Assembly: GCA_951406725.2 (NCBI GenBank)
Contig: OX597824.1
Location: forward strand, 96,472,001 to 96,536,000
Reading direction: 5' to 3'
Length of the DNA: 64,000 bases
Source: Octopus vulgaris
Lineage: Eukaryota
Positions 40,295 through 52,527 of this stretch are shown here, one piece after another. The notes beneath the pieces were generated by a model. That model had not been told where the DNA came from. It saw only the letters and a program-made list of their open reading frames with translations, and searched no databases. Position numbers and translations under genes: made by a program. Every line of letters begins with the position of its first letter. Positions within the stretch are counted from its first letter, which is position 1.

Positions 40295-40593
40295 TACTAT
40301 TACTATTATAATTATTATTATTATTATTATTATTATTTTGTGAAGCAAGTAGCTGAGCTATAGAAGCCAAAGTCTTCGGCTATGTCCCAAACCGACAACT
40401 GAAGATTCCCTGGCGACTTTACAGAAATACAATACCTGTCTGTCTGTCTGTCTGTCAGTCCGAATCTGTCTGTCTACCTCTTTCTTTTTATATGCATACA
40501 TACATACATTATATATATATATATATATACACACACATACATACGTTCACATACATATATACAAGCAACAGTTAAGTGCAATATATATGCAAG

Positions 40594-40771
<178 letters not shown>

Positions 40772-41126
40772 TATATGCCTACATCTATCTATACCCATCG
40801 CCTAAATGTAGTTTGGCACGTGAGAATCTGTTAGTGAAGAGAATGTCCAGACATTGGTCAGCGCCAAATGGATTCCTTGCCAAATTAGGTTTCAAGCACA
40901 TTTAAAGATCTCACTTGGCTTGTGTTAATGGTGAGGGTGGTGCTGGTGGTGATGGTGGTGCTGGTGGTGGTGGTGGTGATGATAGCGATGCTGGTGGTGG
41001 TGGTGTTGGTGGTGATGCTGATAGTGGTGGTGGTGGTCGGGGTAATCAGTATCAGTGATGATGGTATGGGAGGGGTGGCTGTGGTGATTTTGGTGATGAT
41101 GGTGTTGGTGGTCGTCGCGCACGCGC

Positions 41127-41180
<54 letters not shown>

Positions 41181-41581
41181 AAGACATGCGTGTATGTTTG
41201 TGCTTGCGTGTGCTTGCGTGTGTGTGTGTGTGTGAGTGTAGGTGAAATAAAATTCGAATATATATATATAGTAAGAAAAGAGAATTTCGATTATTCTCAC
41301 GTGGTGAGTTGTAATACAGAAAATATGTATATAAAATAAAAGAAGGAAAATGCTCACAGCTTATATAATTTTAATATATTTTAAGTGAAAAAGTGTTGTG
41401 GTTGTCAACCGGTTTCGTTTTCGCTAATCATGACATTGAAATTATTGTAATTTCGTATTTTCCTTAGATGTTCTTGGAGGAATGACACGATCAACAAGTA
41501 GAAAAATCTAAGGGGAGGTAACTGGTGATAGTTATTTTTCAGTCAGGGGATGTATGTTGCCGATGTATATGTATATATATG

Positions 41582-41704
<123 letters not shown>

Positions 41705-41870
41705 GTTCCGTGACGGTAAGATCAACAAAAACTATTCCATCTGGCGAGAGAAATATTATTTGATAAATTGCTAAGTGGGTAGTGTCTGATGATTGTGCTA
41801 GGATAGCAGACTTGTTTGGCATGTTCTCATCCCATGAGATTAATAGTAGCATATAAAAGCATAATGTTCT

Positions 41871-41979
<109 letters not shown>

Positions 41980-42365
41980 ATACTTCAGTGTTGTTAAAGA
42001 TGGAGACACACGAAAACATCTATTTCTATCGTTCCAGCCAGATTTAAGTATCTAAGCTTGACGATTAGAACAGCGTGCCATTCAACATCGCAAAATTCTC
42101 TGCTTCTCGAAGAAGGTACTTAACAAAATATTCTATCGGACTTCAAAAACAATGCAAAACCACTCGAGATCTCTGAACACATTCATGACTTGGTTACAGT
42201 TATGTTTGCAGATACGTATTAAAAAAAAAGAAGAAAAAATGCAAAAGCTCGCATATTGTCAACAACCCGATAAGAGGTCAGGGATTAGTTATTTGGGGTC
42301 ATTTATTATGAGTGACTTAACGATGGTATTCACTTTCTGGAAATCTTGCTCAGTTTGAACTATTC

Positions 42366-42407
<42 letters not shown>

Positions 42408-42880
42408 CACCAGAACACACACTCACAAACGACTCCCTTTTCGGCTAAATCTTACCTCCCGACCGAAAACATCGGAAAGAGCAAAGGAATATAGTGCACA
42501 ACTCAGCCATTTCATAACGTAAATCATCGCATCAGTAACCACTATATCAACAAATTAACATTTAAACGCCTGTAATTACTGAATTTTCCGCAAAAAGTGT
42601 TTACGAAATATAACCATAGTTGTTTCCCGAGACATTTAAAAGATATTTCTATCTATTTTTCTCTAATATCTCAATGGAAATTGCATTAGTAGCGAATCTC
42701 TAACCAAAGCAGAACAGACTCCGTCAGTTCATTGGTTGACCGAATAAAAGATAGAATCTTTACTGAAAAGTAAACGATAGAATAGCAGACGTCTGAAAAT
42801 AGACAGGCAGACGACACGAGAAACATAGGATAATATGAAGACTTGTTCATCCTCAAGATTTATTTCCTCTTATTTTATAA

Positions 42881-43263
42881 CTAGCAGTATCACCTGGCGT
42901 TGCTCGGGTTTGTAAGGGAAATAACTATAAAGCATTTTTAGAGAGTTATAGCCAAAAATTAGCAAAAAAATGGAAAAAAAATGATGGTAATTTTTTTTTG
43001 AGAGTTAAAAGGTCGAGTTGCGTCCCCTAGATAGTCTGTGGTTTGTGTTTCTGATTCTCGACCCCATGTCGAATTTATCGATTTTTTTCAGAACTGGGGG
43101 AACTTTTCAAAATTTTCGCTGCGTTAGTTTTGAATTATGACATTGGGCTATGTGTGTATCAAGTTTCATCAGAATCGGTTGAGAGCCGTGGTCAGGGTGA
43201 GGGTACAACCTAACAGACACACAGACACACACACAGACAAACTGCCGTTTATATAGAGAGAGA
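42881..43263 (-). mobile_element. Non-autonomous Helitron-like element
   Basis: Minus strand 5' TC, internal (GTCT/GT) microsatellite, subterminal hairpin (plus strand cacctggcgttgctcgggt), 3' CTAG, inserted between A and T without TSD. Confidence 0.75.
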
Positions 43264-43384
43264 TTACATACGTTACTGACAGCTGATTGCAGTCATAGAC
43301 GTTAAGTACTAATCGATGAGGTTAGCCATAGCCTGGAACGCAACTGAGAGCCATCATAGTATCCGCCCGGATAATATATTCCGC

Positions 43385-43427
<43 letters not shown>

Positions 43428-43445
43428 ACACACACACACACACAC

Positions 43446-43654
43446 TTCTTTATTGCCCACAGGAGGCTAAACAAAGAGGGGACAAACAAGGACAGACGAA
43501 AAGATAAAGTCGATTACATCGACTCGAGTACGTAACTGGTACTTATTTAATCGCCCTGAAAGGATGAAAGATAAAGTCAATCTCGGCGTAACAGCAGACA
43601 AAATACCGCTAAGCATTCCACCCGGCGTGCTACCGTTTCTACCAGCTCGCCGCC
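43446..43654 (-). mobile_element. Meta-like tRNA SINE
   Basis: Ends ccagctcgccgcc, the reverse complement of the SINE head. Confidence 0.85.
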
Positions 43655-43743
43655 AATGTATGTATGTATGTATGTATGTATATATATGTATATATATATA
43701 TTATTTATATATATGTATGTGTATATATATATATATATATATA

Positions 43744-44750
43744 TTCCTTCCTCTCTTTCGTCCAATCTTTCCATCCAGCCCTCCACTTCACTTCCACTAT
43801 CTCCAACACCTCTGTCTCCTTCCTCGACATTTCGGTTAGCATTCTTGACTCCACTCTTACCACCTCCATTCACTACAAACACACAGACTCACACTCATAC
43901 CTCAACTTCTCTTCCTCCCACCCAGAACACACCAAGCTTTCCATCCCCTATTCCCAATTCCTCCGTCTACGTAGGCTCTGTAGTGACGACCATGACTTTG
44001 AGACTCAGTCTCAACGTATGGCTCACCACTTCACCCTACGTGGATACCCCCTCACCACTATCCACACCGCCCTTGCCAGAGCACGGTCCGTGGACCGTGT
44101 ATCTGCTCTCTCTCCCCGAACCCGCCCTGTAGTCTCCCGCCTCCCTTTTCCCCTCACTTACCACCCCACGACCCTACGTCTCCAACGCACCATTCTTCGA
44201 GCTTTCCGTCATCTCCAGTCCGACCCGTCCACTTCACACCTCTTCCCTAACCGACCCCTCCCCTCTTTCAAACGAGCCCACAACCTTCGAGACCTTTTGG
44301 TCCATAGCTCCTTCCCTGACCCTACCTCCCAACCCGGCTCGTTCCCCTGCTCCCGCCCACGTTGCCGCACTTGCCCTTACCTCTCCAACACCACCCGCCT
44401 CACTAGCACCCACCATCGACCCTATCCCATCATCCACTCCTTCACCTGCACCTCCAGCAATATTATCTATTGCATCTCTTGCTCTCTCTGCAATTCCTTG
44501 TACATCGGACAAACGGGACGCCGCTTGGCTGACCGGTTCGCGGAACACCTTCGTGACATCCACCTTGCGAACGACACACCGGTCTCACGCCATTTCCGCT
44601 CCACCGGTCACTCCTTGCAACACCTATCTGTGTTCGGTTTGTCCTTACACAGAGGCCATCCGGATTCCCGTTTGCGCCGTGAACAGGAATTAATCTTCTC
44701 TCTTCGCTCTTATACGCCATTTGGTCTCAACTCTCCCCCCTCCTCATCTA
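43744..44750 (+). CDS. PLE polyprotein C-terminal part: RT motif 7 and thumb, Cys-rich linker, GIY-YIG endonuclease (no start; 5'-truncated)
   Basis: FLDI, YLNFSSSHP..TKLSIPYSQFLRLRRLCS, RGYP, TYHP, KRAHNLRDLLVHS, PCSRPRCRTC, NIIYCISC..C..LYIGQTGRRL..RFAEH, RLRREQ..I...PFGLN; the ORF-track extension to 45049 is low-complexity read-through. Confidence 0.88.
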
Positions 44751-45573
44751 ACCCCCTCTCCCCCTCCTCACCTATCCTTTCTCCCCCGACCCCCACTTCT
44801 TCAGTCCTTCATCCTTTCACCCCTACTCCCCTTCCCTTCTTCCCTCTTTCTCCCTCCCTCTTCCTCTTCCCTCTGCTCCCTCACTCCCTCTCTCCCCTTC
44901 TCTCTCCCCCTCTCCCTCTTTCCTCCTTCATCCCTCTCCTCCCCTTCCTTCTCCCCATCCTCTCCTCTTCACCCTCCCCTCCCCCTCTTCTTCCCCTCCC
45001 CTTCTCCCCCTCTTCTCCCCTCCCCTCTTCTCCTCACTACACCACATGACTTTACACATCACATCACATATGATGTGCCATACTAATACACACACCAACT
45101 AATACATACTAATACGTACTAATACATACTAGTACATACTAATACTTACACCAACCCTATACATACACACGTCCAGACCCCGCATACGCACTTATACTCT
45201 CTCACACACACACACACACACCTATACATACCAATACGTACTAATACATACTAATACATACTAATACATACACCAACCCCATACATACGCACGTCCAGAC
45301 CAATCCCACGCACTGATACTCTCTCATACACACACACACACACACACACACCCTTATACATACTAATACATACACCAACCCTATACATACACATCCAGAC
45401 CCCTCCCACGCACTTTTAGCTGGTCCCTCAACCCTATTATCTCCCCTTATTTCGCTCTCGCGTCTCATGTTTGATCTTTGACCTCTGGCCGAAATCAGAT
45501 CGCCATGTTGATTCGTTAGCTACTGCACGCATTTTTTTCTCTCCTTCTTTCTGTGTTTTTCTCTCTCTGTGTA

Positions 45574-45611
45574 TCTTTCTGTTGAAGAGCGTAGGCTCGA
45601 AACGTTAAAGA
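45574..45611 (+). ncRNA. Minimal type I hammerhead-like motif with CUGUUGA core (A6U variant)
   Basis: tcttt-CTGTTGA-a-gagc gtag gctc-GAAACGTT-aaaga: 5-bp stem I, 4-bp stem II, palindromic ACGU stem III. Confidence 0.7.
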
Positions 45612-45708
45612 CTTGTTTTATTTATATTTCCTGAGCGCCATACTAATACAATTGTTCGTTTGTTTTCCACCTGCCTTCGTCTTTTGTTTATTTTCATAAA
45701 GCTTCCCG

Positions 45709-45792
<84 letters not shown>

Positions 45793-45815
45793 ATGTATAT
45801 GTATATGTATATGTG

Positions 45816-45867
<52 letters not shown>

Positions 45868-45905
45868 ATATATTATTTATATATATGTATGTGTATATAT
45901 ATGTA

Positions 45906-45999
<94 letters not shown>

Positions 46000-46152
46000 T
46001 GTATGTAATGCTTATATACATGCATACGTACGGAAAGGTTTGTTAAGAGCCAACGCACGAAACGCCCTTTTCTCACTATAAATTTCTGCCGATTATTAAT
46101 AAAAAACAAGTGTACACGCAGACACATACACACACACGCAAAATACACATGC

Positions 46153-46199
<47 letters not shown>

Positions 46200-46285
46200 G
46201 ATACACACACATACGCATACATATTGTTTTCGTTCCAGCACACGATCTCTGATCAGGGCATTTGCTATGCAAGTACATCTCAGTA

Positions 46286-46365
<80 letters not shown>

Positions 46366-46762
46366 TGTTGTGTGTGTGTGTGTTTGTGTGTATATATATG
46401 TGTGTGACAAACAGACGCTGTCTGACCAGCAGGCACGGACACATCTATTCACACCCGCATACTAACCTCCTGATAACCCCAAAATCATTCATGCATAAAG
46501 GGGAAGTATACACCACATTGGCTACTTCTGTTCTCTCAGTTCAGCCTTTCTGCTAATACTGACAGGTCAGTAAAAACATACTTAAAATATTCTGAGATGG
46601 ACAAAAAATCCATTTTAATTTTTGCTGTCAAAACGCTGTATATATATACCAAAGATTGTATATATATACATGTAATGTGACAATTTGCGACAACCAATAA
46701 TTAACGCAACCAATTCCCAATAATATATTTGTTTTATCCTTTTCTGCCAAATTTTCCCAAAT

Positions 46763-46992
46763 AATGTGACAATTATGTATAAAAAAACATTTTTGAATTC
46801 ATAATATCCAATGTGACAATTATGTAAAAAACTTTTTTGAATGCATAATATTCAATGTGACAATTATGTAAAAAACTTTTTTTGAACCCATAATATCCAA
46901 TGTGACAATTATGTAAAAAACTTTTTTGAATGCATAATATTCAATGTGACAATTATGTAAAAAACTTTTTTTGAACCCATATTATTCAATGT
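46763..46992. repeat. 44-47-bp AT-rich minisatellite, about 5 units
   Basis: aatgtgacaattatgta starts at 46763, 46810, 46854, 46899 and 46943. Confidence 0.9.
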
Positions 46993-47151
46993 TTCCTTAA
47001 ATGTAACTTTTGACAATCTTTTACCAAAGAGTGAAACCGGTTAAGTAAATAAACATCGTTTAAATTGCATTTTCAAACCTTTTTTCTTATATAATCCCAC
47101 TCGTGCGATACCCCACAACTCAACTTTTTTATATATATATATATATATACA

Positions 47152-47344
47152 TATGATAGATCGTTAGATACTACACACATTTTTTCTCTCCTTGTTTCTC
47201 TCCTTGTTTTTTCTGTGTCCCTTTCTGTAGAAGAGCATAGGCTCGAAATGTAAAAGACTTTTTCTATTCCTGAGCGTTATACTAATACAACTGTTTGTTT
47301 TGTACACCACCTGCCTTCGTCTTTTGTTTATTTTCGTAAACTTT

Positions 47345-47347
<3 letters not shown>
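47152..47347 (+). mobile_element. Solo pLTR end of the Neptune-type PLE family with HHR-like motif at 47221-47256
   Basis: cttt-CTGTAGA-a-gagc atag gctc-GAAATGTA-aaag; between (TA)n tracts. Confidence 0.8.
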
Positions 47348-47397
<50 letters not shown>

Positions 47398-47886
47398 CAT
47401 ACATACATGTGTGTGTGTTTGCCTTTAATCATTTATCTGTTATTTGATTCAGTTATTGTACTTTGGCCATACTGGGGCATTGCTTTGGAAGGTTTAATCG
47501 AAATAAATCGACCATAGCACTTATCCTATGAGTTTCTTGTGCCGAACTGCTAAGTTACAAGGACGAAACAAACCAACACCGGTCGTCGGTTGTCACGCAG
47601 TAACAGCCCCCCAACCCTCACACATATTATAATTTCGCGTTTAGGCAGAGGTATATATATACGCATGTTCACATACGTAAAAAGAGTCTGTCTGTCAGTC
47701 TCTCAAATACAGATACATACCCAAACGTCCCCCCCCACCAAATGCCCCTCCCACGCACACACACATGTATAAAGACAAACAAAAATATGCTCAGGACAGA
47801 CAGACAGAAACACCTACTCACCCTCTTGTCAACACCAACGCGATTGTTCACAACATAATGCGTGTATATGTGTGTGTGTGCGTGCG

Positions 47887-47922
<36 letters not shown>

Positions 47923-47970
47923 CATACACATACATATATACACATATAGTTATATATTTAGATATGTACA

Positions 47971-48038
<68 letters not shown>

Positions 48039-48061
48039 TACACATATATATATACATATAT

Positions 48062-48227
48062 ACGATGGATTTCTTTCAGTTTCCGTCTAACAAATCCACT
48101 CACAAGGCTTTGGTCGGCCCGAGGTTATAGTAGAAGATACTTGCCCAAGGTACCACGCAGTGGAACTGAATCGTGGGAGCCATGTGGTCGGTTAGCAAGA
48201 TACTTACCACACAGCCACTCCTGCACC
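48062..48227 (-). mobile_element. CORE-type SINE head; 3' body probably at 47425-47610
   Basis: Reverse complement of the 18633-18797 type. Confidence 0.8.
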
Positions 48228-48249
48228 TATATACATACATACACACACA

Positions 48250-48313
<64 letters not shown>

Positions 48314-49228
48314 TGTGTGTATGCATGTATGTATGCATGTATGTGTGTGTGTGTGTATACTCGTAGCCCCCCCTCCTGCCTCCCTTCCTCTCTAATTGTG
48401 GTTATTTACAGACTGTGATAAACGCTCCAATTAAGATTCCACTACAACTCAACAGTTACGCCCTTTTTTAGTTTGATTTTTTGTTTTCTTTGGTGTCCAA
48501 GAGGGTGACAGCGGCGGCGGTGGCGGCGGTGGTGGTGGTGGTGGTGGTAGTGGTGGTGACGGTGAGGGTGATGATGGCGGCGGTGGTAATGGTAATGGTG
48601 ATGATGGTGGTGGTGATACCGTTGCTCTTGTGATGGTATTGGTGGTAGTAGTAGTGGTAGCAACGACGGGGGTGTGTCACACATGATTTATGTGTGTGCG
48701 CAGGTGTATGTAGTAATGGTGGTGGTGGTGGTGGTTACTTCTCTCTTGACCTTCTATTTTGCTCTGCGGTAGTCATGGCAACCAACAGTCTCGTAACTAC
48801 AGAAGCACGGCGAGATTTTTTATAGAAAACATCAAAACCAAAGGTGTCGCTGCCGGTTGTGTATAAATACCGCCATGTTGTTTTTGTCTAACCCTGGGTT
48901 ATTGCTTATAAATTAGACCTATGATCAAATGTAGTACAGACATGACCACCCTGTCTTATTTTCCTATCAACTGGAAACACAAGTCTACCTTATCTTCCGT
49001 GTCACTTTCTAAGGCAGTTGTGAGCTTCGAGGATGGTTTAGCTGTTATTTCGAGTAGGTCGAGAGATGCACAGCCTCTCTTGTCGATTCTCTGTTGTAGT
49101 TGTTGCAGTGGTGGTGGTGGTGGTGGTGGTGGTGAGTGTGTGGATGAGATGGGTGGAAGGTTGGGAGTAAAGTGGCTGTGGGGGTGGGGTTAAGTAGATT
49201 TGTGCATGTACAATTTCTTATACATCCA

Positions 49229-49312
<84 letters not shown>

Positions 49313-49334
49313 TGTCTGTCTGTTTGTCTGAGTT

Positions 49335-49781
49335 TCGATTACATTGATTCCCTCACTGCTTGACTGAGGCTTTATTTTATCGATCCCGACAGGATGAACG
49401 GTAAGGTCAACCTCGGCGGAATTTGAACTCAAACCGTAAAGCCGGAAAAATGCTGTTAAACATTTTGTCCGGCACTCTAACGATTCTTCTTCTTCTTCTT
49501 CTTCTTCTTCTTCTTCTTCTTCTTCTTCTTCTTCTTCTTCTTCTTCTTCTTCTTCTTCTTCTTCTTCTTCTTCTTCTTCTTCTTCTTCTTCTTCTTCTTC
49601 TTCTTCTTCTTCTCCGGGTGAAATGCTTAGTAGCATTTCATCTGCCAGTACGTTCTCAGTTCAAATTCCGCTGAAGTCGATTTGTCTTTCATCCTTTAGG
49701 GGTCAATAATACAAGTACCAGTGAAACACTGGGGTCGATGTAATCCCTCAAAATGGCTGCCCTTGGGGTAAAATTTGAAAC

Positions 49782-49783
<2 letters not shown>
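49335..49783. mobile_element. Two oppositely oriented Meta-like SINEs (49335-49487 minus, 49614-49783 plus) separated by (TTC)n
   Basis: Both align to 27361-27597. Confidence 0.8.
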
Positions 49784-49824
<41 letters not shown>

Positions 49825-49827
<3 letters not shown>

Positions 49828-50331
49828 GTTATATTTCGGAATGGTCATATTGCCAGTTTAGCCAATAAAAACACACGCACTATATATTTACAAACTGTAA
49901 AGCCAGAAATGTAGTCTATAGTATAAGATGTATAGAGGGACGATGCAGTAACAAGACAATAACATACGTAGGGGAAACGGCAAGAAGCATAGGAGAGCGG
50001 GTGAATGAACATTGGAGACAACTCAAGGAAGGTAAAAGCTCATCGATTCTGTACCAACACGCCGAACAGGAACACGGGGGATCAATCAATAACATAGAGA
50101 TTAAGATATTGTCCACACATAGAACAGATGCAACAATTAGACAAATTACAGAAGCTACACATATAATAGAAAATAAACCTAGCCTGAATAGAAAACTAGA
50201 ATGGAGCAATAGCACACACCACAACATATGACGATAGAGGATCCCGAAACCATAATAAATAAATACACAGATAAATAAACAAATAGAAATGAATAACTAT
50301 ATATATGTAAATATATCTATGTATGTATATG

Positions 50332-50404
<73 letters not shown>

Positions 50405-50990
50405 GTGTATATATATGTGTATATGTATATATATATATATATATTTTTTTTTTTTTTCGATTAGATTTATTATTATTATTACTAATATTGTTGTTATACA
50501 TACATAGAAGCATATGTAATGATAATAATGGGTGGATGTAAACACATGAACAAAATTAGAACAAAAGCAACAACAACAAAAACAAAATACAAATTACATG
50601 AATGTATATAAACAGAAGATACAAATATTACAGGCATCCCCCCCACACACACTAAATAAACATAGACGCACATAGAGATATAAGCATGCGCAAATGAAGA
50701 CATACAATAGAAATACAAAATGGCTGACGGTTAGTAAGGAGAGACACAAATACGAAAGAAGAAAACAAAGGACCACTGATGCGGTCACAGGAGTGTGACG
50801 AAAGAACTCTGGCCGAAATAAGATTAAGATTAATGTAAAAAATAAATAACACTGAAGCAAAATAACACCAAATATATAGTGCGTGTGTTTTTATTGGCTA
50901 AACTGGCAATATGACCATTCCGAAATATAACAATATCTGTTTCAACACACGACTTCACATAAAAAATCTTGCACAACAAATATTTAAACG
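49825..50990 (+). mobile_element. 5'-truncated PLE with inverted 5' pLTR, GIY-YIG remnant and HHR-like motif (50770-50814)
   Basis: TYVGETARSIGERVNEH...ILYQHAEQEH...DATIRQITEATHI...LNRKLEW; 65-bp inverted repeat 49825-49889/50870-50934. Confidence 0.85.
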
Positions 50991-52180
50991 TATTATTATT
51001 ATTATTATTATTATTAATGAATTGAAAATAGGGTTTAGCGTATAGATTCTGCCCAAAGAAAACTGAGTACTCTTTGGTTATCTCACCCTCCATTAAAAAA
51101 TCGCCATTAAAAAATTAGGTTGTCTCCCCATTAAAAGATCGAGTTTATGAGATGACAAGAGTGATTCAATACTTCATTGTGGACTTTTGACCTCTTCAAA
51201 AGTCCTGCTATGATTTGTTATAAAAATGTTATTAGATTCAATAAGATGTTTAATCTTTTCAGTTTTACTGTTTATTAATTTTTTGGGTTTTATTGAGGGT
51301 TAAACCATTATTTTAGTTGAGGAGAAAAGTACCGATATTTTTCATAAAACGGGGGCGAGATAACCCAATTTTTTTTTAATGGGAGTGAAATTACCAAAAA
51401 GTACCGAAAACCGTTCATTGATCTGCACGAATCGTCTGCAGAGTCCTGGAAATCTAAACGAGGAGTTACCTCAGTGTCATGCTTGTGGTCATCTGAGAGT
51501 CTGTTATATTCTCTAAACAACAACAACAACAACGATGATGACGACAACTGCAACAACAACAACAATAGTAAAATTAAAGATGCAAAACAAAGATGGACAA
51601 GATTTCGCTGCACCTGTTTCTTTTTCCTCTTTTTTAAGTAGAAACTCCCTCTAAGTACTCACTGACCTCCTTATTGACTCCATTGACCACTTACAAGTGG
51701 ACATTCATCACTAAAGCACATCTACTTTCGCCTCAATTACTTTAAACAAACAACATGGCGGCCGACACTCTAATGATATACTAATGGTGGTGGTTGCATG
51801 GAGCAGATCTGCATGCTCGCTCCCGTTGACTATGTCCCTTTAGCTTTCAGTCTCATCTATATATTCAGTCGTATTTTATGTCAGGTCAAAGTACCAGTGA
51901 TGTACTGGGGTCAGTTTCTTTTCTTCATTTCTTACGTCGAAATTTCTTGCTTTGATTCTGACGCTTAACATCATCATCATCACCATCATCATAATCCTCC
52001 TCCTCCTCCTCCGTCTCCTCCTCCGTCTCCACCTCCTCCACCTCCTCCTCCTCGTCGTCGTCGTCGTCATCATCATCGTCATCATCATCATCATCGTCAT
52101 CGTCGTCATCATCATCATCATCATCATCATCCTCATCGACATCATCATCATCATGACGGTGATGATGATGGTGATAAAGA

Positions 52181-52318
52181 GGATGGCAGTGGTAGTGGTG
52201 GTGGTTTTGGTGGTGGTAATAATGTAAATGATGATGCTGGCAATGATCTAATAACTGCATTAAGAGATGAATATGATGCGAATTCTTCGGCACGTGGCTA
52301 ATAATAATGATAATGACG

Positions 52319-52371
<53 letters not shown>

Positions 52372-52527
52372 TATTATTATTATTATTATCGTCATTATCA
52401 TTATTATTAGCCACGTGCCGAAGAATTCGCATCATATTCATCTCTTAATGCAGTTATTAGATCATTGCCAGCATCATCATTTACATTATTACCACCACCA
52501 AAACCACCACCACTACCACTGCCATCC
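52181..52527. repeat. Perfect inverted duplication, 140-bp arms around an (AAT)n/(ATT)n centre
   Basis: 52181-52320 is the reverse complement of 52388-52527. Confidence 0.9.

Larger units (their letters stand above)
43744..45710 (+). mobile_element. 5'-truncated Penelope-like retroelement (Neptune-type) inserted in (TA)n
   Basis: Open RT-thumb-linker-GIY-YIG frame followed by a ~950-bp 3' region/pLTR with polypyrimidine tract, tandem repeats and HHR-like motif. Confidence 0.9.

Noticed and set aside
41785-41812. CTGATGA plus hairpin as a hammerhead (also 61497, 5819, 40399)
   Set aside because: No correctly placed GAAA, stem III or stem I.
52307-52527. N-terminus of the 447-aa ORF
   Set aside because: Comes from the inverted target duplication and the AAT repeat, fortuitously in frame with the Dong fragment.
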